NCBI GenBank assembly: GCA_937907165.1
Contig: CALCUH010000034.1
Span: forward strand, 10,840-74,839
Source: an uncultured Bacteroidales bacterium
Lineage (GTDB): Bacteria > Bacteroidota > Bacteroidia > Bacteroidales > Paludibacteraceae
DNA length: 64,000 nucleotides
Direction of reading: 5' to 3'
Shown: piece by piece, positions 39,234 through 48,400 of the stretch
Position numbering within the stretch: position 1 is the stretch's first letter
Layout: every line of letters starts with the position of its first letter
The notes under the pieces: generated by a model
Seen by the model: only the letters and a program-made list of their open reading frames with translations
The model's database searches: none
Told to the model about the DNA's origin: nothing
Program-made: the position numbers and the translations under genes

Positions 39234-42200
39234 TTAGGGTTTATTCTTATCACATAACGGAATTTTGATGTGAAATGTTGTACCCACATCCAATTTAGAC
39301 TCGAAAAATATATCTCCATTAGCAGCTTGTAAAATATTCTTCACAATGGCCATGCCAAGTCCCATACCACTGGTCTTCGTCGTGAAATTCGGTATAAACA
39401 TCTTTTGTCTCGCCTCTTCCGAGACACCGCAACCATTGTCGGCGATAGAGATATATGCGCAATTATCCCTCTCCTCAAATGAAACGACAACAGCGCCTTC
39501 CCTTCCCTCAGGTATGGATTGGATCGCATTGCTGAATAGATTCGTGAATACCTGAACAGACTGTTTTTCATCAATCATCACATACGAATGATCATATCCG
39601 TTCTTATTAAGCGTGAAAGCGACATCGTATTCGTTGTTTTCGAACAAAGCCACCACCTGTTCCAATTTTTTGAGAATATCCACCCTCTCCAAATTGGACT
39701 GTGACGCTTTTGCGAAAGAAGAGAAAGAAGAGGCAATCTCCGCCAACGTGTCGATTTGCTCGATCAACACATTACAAGATTTATCGAAATAGGTATCAAA
39801 ATCAGGAGAACCATTCACCTTCTTACGCTGACATTGCTGAACACACAATTTCATCGGCGTAAGCGGATTTTTGATTTCGTGGGCGATACGGCGCGCCATA
39901 TCACGCCAAGCGAAGTCTCGTTCGGATTCCACCAATTTTTTCGCATTATCCTCCAATTGTCCCACCATTTTATTATACTGGCGAACCAAATCACCCAACT
40001 CATCCTTCGATTTATATTCGATTTTCGAATTTTCTCCAGTCAAACGTATTTGAGCGAACCGTTGCGTCAGCAACGTCAAAGGTTTCACCGTCCGTTTATT
40101 CAGCAACCATATCATAATGATGGAGAAGACCATCACAAAGAGATAGATGTCCACAATCACCACCATGATATTAAACAATTGGGTTTTCACATGATAATAG
40201 CTCCAGATGGAGGTCAGTTTCAAATAGCCGACACGCTCGTTCCTGTTGTTATAGACAGACACATAATTGGAATAGCAATCCATCTTACCATACTTCTCCA
40301 AAACATACAATTCTTGCTTCCCTTCGAACTTCATTCTAGGGTTCATCAAGTTAAGGCGTACCACATCACGGGAGGTGACGATAGGACGCGAGCAAGAAAA
40401 GAGACGACCTTCCTCATCATACAAAGAGACGTCCATTTGATAGAAATCAGACACACTACACACAAATTCGTCCAGCGTCTTACGCGAATCAGTCAATTTT
40501 GTGGAAAATCCCAATAAGTTTTGCAAATTATGCTGCGCCACATAAGATTTGTCCCTCATATCGGAATGGTGCGTCTTCTCATATTGCTCGGAGAAGAACG
40601 GGAACGTCACCGCCGAAAGGATAAAGAAGGAAGCGACCATAGGAAGGATGAAAGCAGTCTGCATGGATGCGACAAAAGAGCGTTTCCCGTCCTCCTTCCT
40701 CTTCTTGACATTATTATAAAAGAAATAGCAAACCGCCACAAACAAGTAAATGGAGAACAAGAAAGTAACGAATATCACATAAACGTAACTTTGACGTTCA
40801 GGCACACTCGTAATGGCGTACACATCATTTTCCCCAATATAGTAGACATAATGAGTGTATCCGTTGCCTTCCATGGTGAAACTAGGTTCCTCTTCTTCCG
40901 AGACATAAGGAATAGGAAGCCAATTCGAACTGGCGGGATAGCGGAATATACCATCCGAATAGCAAAGTGCGGAACCACAATACTTCGCCATGGAGTATTC
41001 AACACCGATATCGTTCTTATTTCTTCGAGGCGTGCCCATTCCATGGATTTCTCTCGTCAACTTAGGATAGAACTTCACATACAAGACATTGTCCCCCATT
41101 GGGAAGACGCCAAGGAAATTGATGGAGAACGCCTCGTCCATACAAGCGTAGAAATGAGAGTTCTTCTCCAGTTCCCTAAAGGATTTCCGTATTACAGGGA
41201 AAGAATCGTAAGTGACGGAACCCAAGCCAGTTCTCCAAACATGAAAGGAAGGTTGTTCCTTAGGGCTCACCTGTATACGCATATTATATAAATCCTTAAA
41301 GACGCGAAGGTAAGTATTGCTCATATGGGACAAAACCACGGAATCTCGCATCTGAATGGAGGAATTCACCAGGCCACGCAAAACGGTATCAGCCTTTATG
41401 TACGGATCATAATCCTTCAACACAATCTCCGCAATCGGGTCTTCCCTCACACTATTGTTCAACGCCACATCCTTCGCCTTTTTCGCATACTCCAAAGTAC
41501 ATTTCTGTTCACTATGCCAATATGCGAGCACCACAATAAAATTGATCAGCACGAAAGAGGCGATTACTGTCCGCAGGAAACGATTCGTCGTGAAATACAA
41601 ATCACCTATCTCCTCGTACAAAACCACCAGGGAGAAAAGCAATAACAAGCAAACATCAACAACCGATCCATAATGGACAAAACCAATTAACGTAATAGCC
41701 GTCAGCACCGCATGAGACGCCAAAATCATGCCGACATTCTTTCGCGACGCATACATCACCTTGTACTTTCCTATGCACTCATAAAGGAGATAGAGCCAAA
41801 GCATCATCAGCAAGACCGCGCAAATCGACATTTTATTCACCTCCTGAATGGACGGGACCGCCAAATTCACATTAGAGTCATATACAAGACTGATGTAATA
41901 AATATAAAGAATCGAGAACGCTATGAAAACGAACATCTTACAGAAAAGCGTTCGAAAGAATGTCCCCACTTTGGAATTCACTTCAACAATTCTCTGAGGC
42001 AAGTCTAAATTACGTCTCAACAACGTCAGGAATCCCGCAAAAAACACGGCATAGACGAACAGGTGCTCCGCTGTCGGTGCCAATATGGATGAATAGGAAA
42101 GCGAATCAGAAAACCGTTGAAAAAGAATAGGAGGAAACCTCAATCCCAAAAAGGAAAAAAGCATCACAGGGAAAAAGACAATAATCCCAGCCCACAAAAA

Positions 42201-42974
42201 CAATCGTTTTTTAGGAGTATCCATCTCGCTCCACCGCAAGAGTCTGTCAGCAAACACATAAAGGCACACCACTCCTAAGACCCAAAAAATCACAGAAAGG
42301 AAAAATATAAAAAGATTCCCTTCATACAAAGGTGTTTGCTGAATGGAGAACAAGTAGTTTCCCGAATCCGAGAAAATCGGGGAAAACCCATCCTGTTGCA
42401 CCTCAGAAAGGACGACATTGCCAGGCAAATCAAAAGACTCGGCGAAAGTGTTCCATTTACTAGTCTGCCTCTGAGAAGAATTTTCCTTTATCTTTATCAA
42501 CGCCACGCAACGGTACTCCCGATAGAATGTCTGCATAGCGACCATGCAAGCGTTATCCACTCTCAAGAAAGTATTCTTCCCCAAATCGAAGTCGATATTA
42601 CTCTGGTCTCCGACCACATCGCTACTCCAAAAAAGTAAGGAATCACCCTTATAAACATGAAACGCCACCTCATTTTTTTCGGATTCCTGATAAAGCGAAG
42701 AATTCTTGCGAACGGCCTCCATATCGTTCTTGGCGATCATTTCCCGAATATAGGACATCCACTTTTTAGAAAACGCCTCCTTTTCATAGACTTTGTTTTG
42801 AAACGCAACCACATCCACCGTCTTCATGGAATCCTTGAAATACCAATATTGGGTCGCCACACCCAAAGCAAAGCACAAGAGCGCCGCAACGAATGTATAT
42901 GTCAAGTTTTTGCGCTCCCTCGTCTCAACCAAAGCAGCTGTTTTCCCTTTTATATTTTTAAAAAGAATATCCAA
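39234..42974 (-). CDS. 1246-aa multi-pass sensor histidine kinase (about 12 TM, two large extracytoplasmic regions, HAMP-HisKA-HATPase; no receiver domain)
   Basis: C-terminal RRIAHEIKNPLTPM (H-box, NtrY-like) with N, G1 (DNGCGV) and G2 (GMGLGM) boxes. Hydrophobic segments were counted by eye. Confidence 0.85.
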   Translation of the reverse strand: MDILFKNIKGKTAALVETRERKNLTYTFVAALLCFALGVATQYWYFKDSMKTVDVVAFQNKVYEKEAFSKKWMSYIREMIAKNDMEAVRKNSSLYQESEKNEVAFHVYKGDSLLFWSSDVVGDQSNIDFDLGKNTFLRVDNACMVAMQTFYREYRCVALIKIKENSSQRQTSKWNTFAESFDLPGNVVLSEVQQDGFSPIFSDSGNYLFSIQQTPLYEGNLFIFFLSVIFWVLGVVCLYVFADRLLRWSEMDTPKKRLFLWAGIIVFFPVMLFSFLGLRFPPILFQRFSDSLSYSSILAPTAEHLFVYAVFFAGFLTLLRRNLDLPQRIVEVNSKVGTFFRTLFCKMFVFIAFSILYIYYISLVYDSNVNLAVPSIQEVNKMSICAVLLMMLWLYLLYECIGKYKVMYASRKNVGMILASHAVLTAITLIGFVHYGSVVDVCLLLLFSLVVLYEEIGDLYFTTNRFLRTVIASFVLINFIVVLAYWHSEQKCTLEYAKKAKDVALNNSVREDPIAEIVLKDYDPYIKADTVLRGLVNSSIQMRDSVVLSHMSNTYLRVFKDLYNMRIQVSPKEQPSFHVWRTGLGSVTYDSFPVIRKSFRELEKNSHFYACMDEAFSINFLGVFPMGDNVLYVKFYPKLTREIHGMGTPRRNKNDIGVEYSMAKYCGSALCYSDGIFRYPASSNWLPIPYVSEEEEPSFTMEGNGYTHYVYYIGENDVYAITSVPERQSYVYVIFVTFLFSIYLFVAVCYFFYNNVKKRKEDGKRSFVASMQTAFILPMVASFFILSAVTFPFFSEQYEKTHHSDMRDKSYVAQHNLQNLLGFSTKLTDSRKTLDEFVCSVSDFYQMDVSLYDEEGRLFSCSRPIVTSRDVVRLNLMNPRMKFEGKQELYVLEKYGKMDCYSNYVSVYNNRNERVGYLKLTSIWSYYHVKTQLFNIMVVIVDIYLFVMVFSIIMIWLLNKRTVKPLTLLTQRFAQIRLTGENSKIEYKSKDELGDLVRQYNKMVGQLEDNAKKLVESERDFAWRDMARRIAHEIKNPLTPMKLCVQQCQRKKVNGSPDFDTYFDKSCNVLIEQIDTLAEIASSFSSFAKASQSNLERVDILKKLEQVVALFENNEYDVAFTLNKNGYDHSYVMIDEKQSVQVFTNLFSNAIQSIPEGREGAVVVSFEERDNCAYISIADNGCGVSEEARQKMFIPNFTTKTSGMGLGMAIVKNILQAANGDIFFESKLDVGTTFHIKIPLCDKNKP

Positions 42975-43147
42975 TTTTTCAGTTCATAATAAACATGTTA
43001 AAGAAAGGGCGCCACTCAACCTGCCCCTTTTTAGGCAAAGTTAATCATTTTTTCATTTATAAAAGTTTCTATTATTCCGAAATACCACACTATTTAGCAA
43101 AAAAACTTACCTTTGCGGGGAAGATATTTTTTCATTGTCCAATTAAA

Positions 43148-43411
43148 ATGGATTTCCTACATATGGTTATAAAAAAAGCATACGAATGTTTCGGCACCTG
43201 TTCAAAAATGATCATGGTCAGCGTAGAAGACGGAATCATTAAAGAAGTGCAATTCTTCGGCGGATGTCACGGCAACACGCAAGGCGTAGCCATTCTTGTT
43301 AAAGGCATGAAGGTGGAAGACGCTATTGCGAAACTTTCAGGAATAGACTGCGGAGGAAGAGGCACCTCCTGCCCCGACCAATTAGCAAGAGCGCTTAGAT
43401 TGTTCCTTTAG
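43148..43411 (+). CDS. small TSCPD-domain protein (TIGR03905-like, 4 Cys)
   Basis: CSKMI...FFGGCHGNTQG...GIDCGGRGTSCPDQLA. The start was set at the in-frame ATG at 43148. Confidence 0.6.
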   Translation: MDFLHMVIKKAYECFGTCSKMIMVSVEDGIIKEVQFFGGCHGNTQGVAILVKGMKVEDAIAKLSGIDCGGRGTSCPDQLARALRLFL

Positions 43412-43449
43412 GTTACGTGAAAAAATTAAACTTTTGAAAGAATAAACAA

Positions 43450-43487
43450 AACGGCGGATCAGAAAGATTCACCGTTTTTTGTTTTTT
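43450..43487. terminator. bidirectional terminator between the TSCPD gene and aroC
   Basis: AACGGCGGATC-AGAAA-GATTCACCGTT (one mismatch) followed by TTTTGTTTTTT. Confidence 0.7.
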
Positions 43488-43491
43488 CTCA

Positions 43492-44574
43492 TCAATTTAT
43501 TTTTCCGCTGGAACGGCTTTGAAGATATGCGTCTGCGATGACAAGCGCCGCCATGGAATCAACTATAGGAACTGCACGCGGCAAGACACACGCATCATGT
43601 CTTCCTTTCGCCTTATAGACAATCGGGCGTCCATTCACATCAACAGACTCCTGGTCTTTCAACAACGTAGGAACAGGCTTAAATACCACTCTGAAATAGA
43701 TGTCCTCTCCATTGCTGATTCCACCTTGGATTCCACCCGAATTGTTTGTACGGGTTCCAATGGTGCCATCCGACCTTCTTTCGAAAATATCATTTGCCTC
43801 AGAACCTCTTTTAGAGACACCTCGGAAACCGCTCCCATAATCAAACCCTTTGACCGCATTGATGGAGAGCATCGCATACGCAAGCTTCGCATGAAGTTTT
43901 CCAAATTGGGGTTCGCCCAAACCAACAGGACATCCCTTTATCACACAAGAGATTATTCCTCCAATCGTATCCCCGGCCTCCTTCGTGCGTAGTATTTCCT
44001 GTGCCATCGCTTCTGCCACCTTCTTGTCGGGACAACGGACGTCATTTGACTCGATCTTGTCCAAATCCAATTGCTGATACTCTTTGTTCAAAACGACATC
44101 GCCGACTTGCGACGTGTATGCGTAAACACTCACACCTATACGTCGGAGTAACAACTTAGCGAATGCGCCCGCCGCCACTTGAGCGATCGTCGTGCGAGCG
44201 GAAGCTCTGCCACCACCCGTATAATCACGGACGCCATATTTCTCCGAATAGGTATAATCCGCATGGGAAGGACGAAATACATCTTTTAGGGCAGAATAGT
44301 CAGAGGAACGTTGATTCTCGTTGCGCACCTCAAAAGCAATGGGCGTACCCGTCGTTACCCCTTCGAAAACGCCCGAAAGTATTTCCAGCCTATCAGATTC
44401 CGAACGGGCGGTCGTCAAGGCAGATTGTCCCGGTCGACGTCTATTCAATTCGGACTGGATAAAATCCATGTCGACACTTATACCCGCAGGGAATCCGTCC
44501 AAAACGCCGCCTATAGCGACACCATGAGACTCCCCGAAAGTGGTCAACCGTAATATTTCACCAAACGTGTTCAT
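43492..44574 (-). CDS. aroC: chorismate synthase
   Basis: [18 protein letters not shown]... and GGRASARTT motifs. Confidence 0.95.
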   Translation of the reverse strand: MNTFGEILRLTTFGESHGVAIGGVLDGFPAGISVDMDFIQSELNRRRPGQSALTTARSESDRLEILSGVFEGVTTGTPIAFEVRNENQRSSDYSALKDVFRPSHADYTYSEKYGVRDYTGGGRASARTTIAQVAAGAFAKLLLRRIGVSVYAYTSQVGDVVLNKEYQQLDLDKIESNDVRCPDKKVAEAMAQEILRTKEAGDTIGGIISCVIKGCPVGLGEPQFGKLHAKLAYAMLSINAVKGFDYGSGFRGVSKRGSEANDIFERRSDGTIGTRTNNSGGIQGGISNGEDIYFRVVFKPVPTLLKDQESVDVNGRPIVYKAKGRHDACVLPRAVPIVDSMAALVIADAYLQSRSSGKIN

Positions 44575-44580
44575 GTACAA

Positions 44581-45171
44581 TTAATGGCAACAATGACCCT
44601 CTCCGCAACCGCCGCAGCCGCTTTCGCCATCCGAGCCCGAACAGCCGCCACCGCAATTCCCGCAACCGCCACCGCAGTGAGGATGCAGAACGACATCGAT
44701 TTCCTCTTTAGTGGCATCACGAAGTTCCAATACCTTTCCCTTAAAGTTCAAGTTTTCACCAGCCAAAGGATGGTTGAAATCGACCTTCACCTTATCCTTG
44801 CCAATCTTCAAGACAATTCCGTTCAGGTGCTGACCGTCCGCATTAATCATTTCGACGACTTTGCCCTCCTGCACATGTTCATCATCAAACTCACCATCAC
44901 CATTATAGAAAATTGTGCGGTCGAGATCAACAACCATCGCCTCCTCATAATCGCCGTAAGCATCCGCAGCAGGAATAGTGAAATCAAAGGAATCGCCCAA
45001 TTTCAAACCACGAAGGTTCTCCTCGAACTTATCCAGCATCATTCCCAATCCGCAAGTGAATTTCAACGGAGCCTGGGCAGGAGCGCTTTCCCACAATTCA
45101 GGTTTTCCATCCTCGCCTTCCACATAAAGGTCGTAAGAAACGGCCACAAACTTTCTGTCTTCTATTACCAT
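44581..45171 (-). CDS. slyD: FKBP-type peptidyl-prolyl isomerase SlyD with a Cys/Gly-rich metal-binding tail
   Basis: FKBP plus insert-in-flap layout. The tail is HPHCGGGCGNCGGGCSGSDGESGCGGCGEGHCCH. Confidence 0.85.
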   Translation of the reverse strand: MVIEDRKFVAVSYDLYVEGEDGKPELWESAPAQAPLKFTCGLGMMLDKFEENLRGLKLGDSFDFTIPAADAYGDYEEAMVVDLDRTIFYNGDGEFDDEHVQEGKVVEMINADGQHLNGIVLKIGKDKVKVDFNHPLAGENLNFKGKVLELRDATKEEIDVVLHPHCGGGCGNCGGGCSGSDGESGCGGCGEGHCCH

Positions 45172-45217
45172 ATTATAATCATTAAATAAATTCGAAAAAA
45201 ATTTTTCACAAGAATCA

Positions 45218-46417
45218 CTAATCGATCCTCAGTTCTTCCTTATCCTCCTTCTTGAACGAAATACGTTCAAACGGATTCTTTATCCTCGATCCGAAATCAG
45301 GCATAGCCCAACCGAATCCAGCTTGGAAACACTCGACCTGCCAAAGGTGCGTTTTCAAATCCATCACGAAAAAGAGTTTTGGCGTGATGTAAAAACGGGT
45401 CACCAATTTCGTGTAAAGATAGCTTTCGATACGGTTATCATTTTCTTTTCCTAATTCATCATACTTAGGAATCTTTATCTTAGAATAGAAATAGAAACCA
45501 ACATGAACGCCGAAATTCACCCTATCCATCTGAAGCTCGTTAGCCAAAGCCACACCACCACGGAGTTTATTTCTGAACCTATCTTCATCGATGAAATTAT
45601 ATCTAAGATTATAGATTCTTTGATCCCCGTTATATGCTCCATTGTAGAAGGCGTCAGTAGAGAGTCCCAAACGATAGCAATTGGTAATAGGCATGTAAGC
45701 GCCCGCACAAATGTCCGCATTCAAGAAATAGGGCTCGTCTCGCTCCAATTGGTTCACACCCGCAGCGCCATAAGCCTCCAACGCCAAAATATGCTTCACC
45801 TTTTTTGCCGGATATTTGATAGGCAACGGCCAAACGTTAGGCGTATATTTCGCGCCAATGAAGACATCTCCCAAATACATGTTATACGCCTTCCTTGTGA
45901 CCCTACCATTATGGAAAGCCTCGACATTACCGCCTAAACAGATTCTCCACTGAGCCAGAGGTCTTCCGTAACGTTTGGAAAGAGCAATATCCATATTTAA
46001 ACCAGCAACCCAAACTCCGAAAACTGGCACAATCGGGTGAAGAGAATCACCTCGGGAGATATAGCTGCCCAAACCGCTACCCCACTTCAGATTCAAAGCA
46101 AAACCATTCGTATGCACAACCGGATAATGGAAATAAACTTTCGCATCAGCAGCGAAACGAAGATACTCCGGTTTGTCAATTTGCAAACCTTCTATTACAA
46201 ATCCCACAGAAGGGAAATTGTAGGCATATTCCCAATTATGGTTTCCAAGTAAAGGCAACTCCATGCCGACTTCTCCACCCAACACATTTCCGCCACTAGT
46301 CAGATTCCAACCATAATGACCTTCAGCCTTCGCCCTAAATATTGTATTTTGCTGAGCACTCACTCCCAAGAACAATCCAAAGGAGAAAAGCATTAAGCAC
46401 AAAAGCTTTTTTGACAT
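45218..46417 (-). CDS. outer-membrane beta-barrel-like protein, function unassigned (PagL/acyloxyacyl-hydrolase-like is only one possibility)
   Basis: Signal MSKKLLCLMLFSFGLFLGVSAQ and alternating aromatic/Gly beta-strand pattern. Confidence 0.5.
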   Translation of the reverse strand: MSKKLLCLMLFSFGLFLGVSAQQNTIFRAKAEGHYGWNLTSGGNVLGGEVGMELPLLGNHNWEYAYNFPSVGFVIEGLQIDKPEYLRFAADAKVYFHYPVVHTNGFALNLKWGSGLGSYISRGDSLHPIVPVFGVWVAGLNMDIALSKRYGRPLAQWRICLGGNVEAFHNGRVTRKAYNMYLGDVFIGAKYTPNVWPLPIKYPAKKVKHILALEAYGAAGVNQLERDEPYFLNADICAGAYMPITNCYRLGLSTDAFYNGAYNGDQRIYNLRYNFIDEDRFRNKLRGGVALANELQMDRVNFGVHVGFYFYSKIKIPKYDELGKENDNRIESYLYTKLVTRFYITPKLFFVMDLKTHLWQVECFQAGFGWAMPDFGSRIKNPFERISFKKEDKEELRID

Positions 46418-46498
46418 AATATAACATATTATAGAAACGTCACAAAAGTAATAAAAACTTATGCGTTTTACCTATCTTTGCGGCCAAAATTAATTAGA

Positions 46499-46981
46499 AT
46501 GGAACAGAACGAGGGAAATCCGGAAATCGAATTGGGCGAAATATTACGTCAGCGGCACAAAACCATTGCTACGGCGGAGAGTTGCACGGGCGGCAACATC
46601 GCCCATAAACTCACTCTTTGGCCAGGTAGTTCGGACTTCTTCAAAGGAGGTGTCGTATCATACGCCAACGAAGTAAAAATCAATATTTTAGGCGTAAACG
46701 TCAACGACATAGAGACTCACGGTGCGGTCAGTCAAGAGGTCGTGGAGCAAATGGCGCAAGGAGCAGCGAGAGTAATCGGTAGCAACTATGCGATTTCATC
46801 TTCCGGCGTAGCAGGCCCAGGCGAAAGTGAAGGGAAACCCGAAGGAACCATCTGGATAGCGGTCTCAGACGGAGAGAGAACGACATCGAAATGTCTTCAT
46901 CTGAAAGGCGACAGGACAGCGAACATCGAAGAGGCAACAAAAATCGCGATAAATTTCGCGAAAGAATTTGTTATAAAATAA
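46499..46981 (+). CDS. CinA-family nicotinamide-nucleotide amidase domain protein (PncC-like)
   Basis: TIATAESCTGGNIA, ISSSGVAGPGE. Confidence 0.85.
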   Translation: MEQNEGNPEIELGEILRQRHKTIATAESCTGGNIAHKLTLWPGSSDFFKGGVVSYANEVKINILGVNVNDIETHGAVSQEVVEQMAQGAARVIGSNYAISSSGVAGPGESEGKPEGTIWIAVSDGERTTSKCLHLKGDRTANIEEATKIAINFAKEFVIK

Positions 46982-46996
46982 AAAAGTTGTAATTTT
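46967..46996 (+). promoter_or_regulatory. promoter of the rpmB operon (-33 TTTG at 46967-46970, 18-nt spacer, -7 TAATTTTG at 46989-46996)
   Basis: Perfect TAnnTTTG with a correctly spaced TTTG. It overlaps the 3' end of the CinA gene. Confidence 0.6.
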
Positions 46997-47057
46997 GCAA
47001 ACCGATTGGAGGATGTATAGATGCAACTCATCCACCATCGAAAAAGAAAAATAATGA

Positions 47058-47137
47058 AGGGTCCATTCTTATTTGGATTTCTGATAGTTACGCTGCTTTC
47101 TGAGAAGAAAGATCAGGATAGGATTTGACCCGCTTTT
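47058..47137 (+). promoter_or_regulatory. structured rpmB leader: compound hairpin closed by GGGTC/GACCC, then GCTTTTT (attenuator-like)
   Basis: The inner perfect hairpin is CTTTCT-GAGA-AGAAAG, with TTCTGAT pairing to ATCAGGA. The closing helix is 47058-62 with 47126-30, and the T-run is at 47133-37. A further hairpin lies at 47006-47036. Confidence 0.4.
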
Positions 47138-47168
47138 TATATGTAATAACTTATTTAGATTAACAGCA

Positions 47169-47402
47169 ATGTCAAGAATTTGTGAAATTACTGGTAAAAT
47201 GGCGCAGAACGGCAACAACGTTTCTCACTCAAAGAGAAGAACGAAGAGGTTGTTCAATGTGAATTTATTCACGAAGAAATTCTATTGGCCAGAGCAAGAT
47301 TGTATGATTAGTTTGAAGGTTTCCGCTAAGGGTCTTCGCACTATTAACAAAAAGGGTCTCAACTCAGCGTTGGTTGATGCAGCAAAAAAAGGTATTTTGT
47401 AA
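47169..47402 (+). CDS. rpmB: 50S ribosomal protein L28
   Basis: [10 protein letters not shown]...[12 protein letters not shown]. Confidence 0.95.
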   Translation: MSRICEITGKMAQNGNNVSHSKRRTKRLFNVNLFTKKFYWPEQDCMISLKVSAKGLRTINKKGLNSALVDAAKKGIL

Positions 47403-47418
47403 TCAGGAGGAGTAAAAA

Positions 47419-47607
47419 ATGGCAAAAAAGGGAAAAGAAAACCGCGTACAAGTAATTTTGGAGTGCACGGAGCAAAAAGATAGTGGTGTACCAGGAATTT
47501 CTCGTTACATTACCACTAAGAATAGAAAGAACACTCCTGATAGATTGGAATTGAAAAAATACAATCCATACTTGAAGAGATATACAATCCACAAGGAAAT
47601 TAAGTAA
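47419..47607 (+). CDS. rpmG: 50S ribosomal protein L33
   Basis: [18 protein letters not shown]...[21 protein letters not shown]. Confidence 0.95.
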   Translation: MAKKGKENRVQVILECTEQKDSGVPGISRYITTKNRKNTPDRLELKKYNPYLKRYTIHKEIK

Positions 47608-47629
47608 TTCATCTTAAAATCTTTACGTT

Positions 47630-47782
47630 ATGGCAAAGAAAGCAGTCGCAACATTGCAGAAGGGTGAAGGCCGTTCATTCGCAAAAGTGATTAAAATGGT
47701 TAAGTCTCCAAAGACTGGCGCTTACTATTTTGACGAACAAATCGTTCGTAACGAAGATGTAAAAGCTCATTTGGCTAAATAA
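47630..47782 (+). CDS. DUF4295 family small protein (50 aa)
   Basis: Own translation: MAKKAVATLQKGEGRSFAKVIKMVKSPKTGAYYFDEQIVRNEDVKAHLAK. Its conserved position after rpmG is typical of Bacteroidota. It is below the ORF-track length cutoff. Confidence 0.8.
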   Translation: MAKKAVATLQKGEGRSFAKVIKMVKSPKTGAYYFDEQIVRNEDVKAHLAK

Positions 47783-47803
47783 TAACAGCTGAATTTCATC
47801 TAT

Positions 47804-47837
47804 AAATGGTGTCCTATCTTGGGCACCATTTTTTTTG
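47804..47837 (+). terminator. rho-independent terminator of the rpmB-rpmG-DUF4295 operon
   Basis: AAATGGTGTCC-TATCTT-GGGCACCATTT followed by a T-run. Confidence 0.85.
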
Positions 47838-48083
47838 TCTACACTTCAACAAATCACACGATACATTATCACACAATGAAGAATCTCCCCATATAGACAA
47901 ACAGCAGACCATCATAGTCAAACTTTCCACGTTATCAATTGATTCTATTTCATTCACATAATCCGTTTCTCATCATCTGGGTTAGTATCTAATCGTCCTA
48001 CAAATCCTCAGAGAAAACTCTATAGATAGACACATCTGCACGCAAGCGATCCCATAACATAAAAGCGCAAGCGTATCAATTAG

Positions 48084-48126
48084 AAAAAAAAGACATCATC
48101 GCAGCCTAATCTACGATGATGTCTTC
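48084..48126 (-). terminator. rho-independent terminator of giant gene 2
   Basis: In the minus-strand RNA, AAGACAUCAUCG pairs with CGAUGAUGUCUU (12-bp stem) and is followed by U7. Confidence 0.85.
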
Positions 48127-48165
48127 ATATGATTACCCTATAAATAACAAGGTGAAAATCGACAA

Positions 48166-48400
48166 CTATTTCTTAGTGAACAACTGATAGAAGTCGCCTT
48201 CAGAAGTCTCCAGCAGAAGGACATACTCTCCATTTTGCAAATCAGAGACGTTGATTGCGACATTCTTGGTCCGACAAGCATCTTTCTTATAAGCCACGCC
48301 TGAAACGCTCCAAATAGTATAGCCAAGCACATCCATGCTGCCGGACTTCACGAACAGATCAGTCTCGACCAACGTAGGATAGACCAAGAGCCCCGCATTC
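48166..48400 (-). other. type-A T9SS CTD (Por secretion tail) of giant protein 2
   Basis: The pattern YP(N/T)...D.......I....G......I..S.L..G.Y.........K..K is present in the last ~75 aa. Confidence 0.75.
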
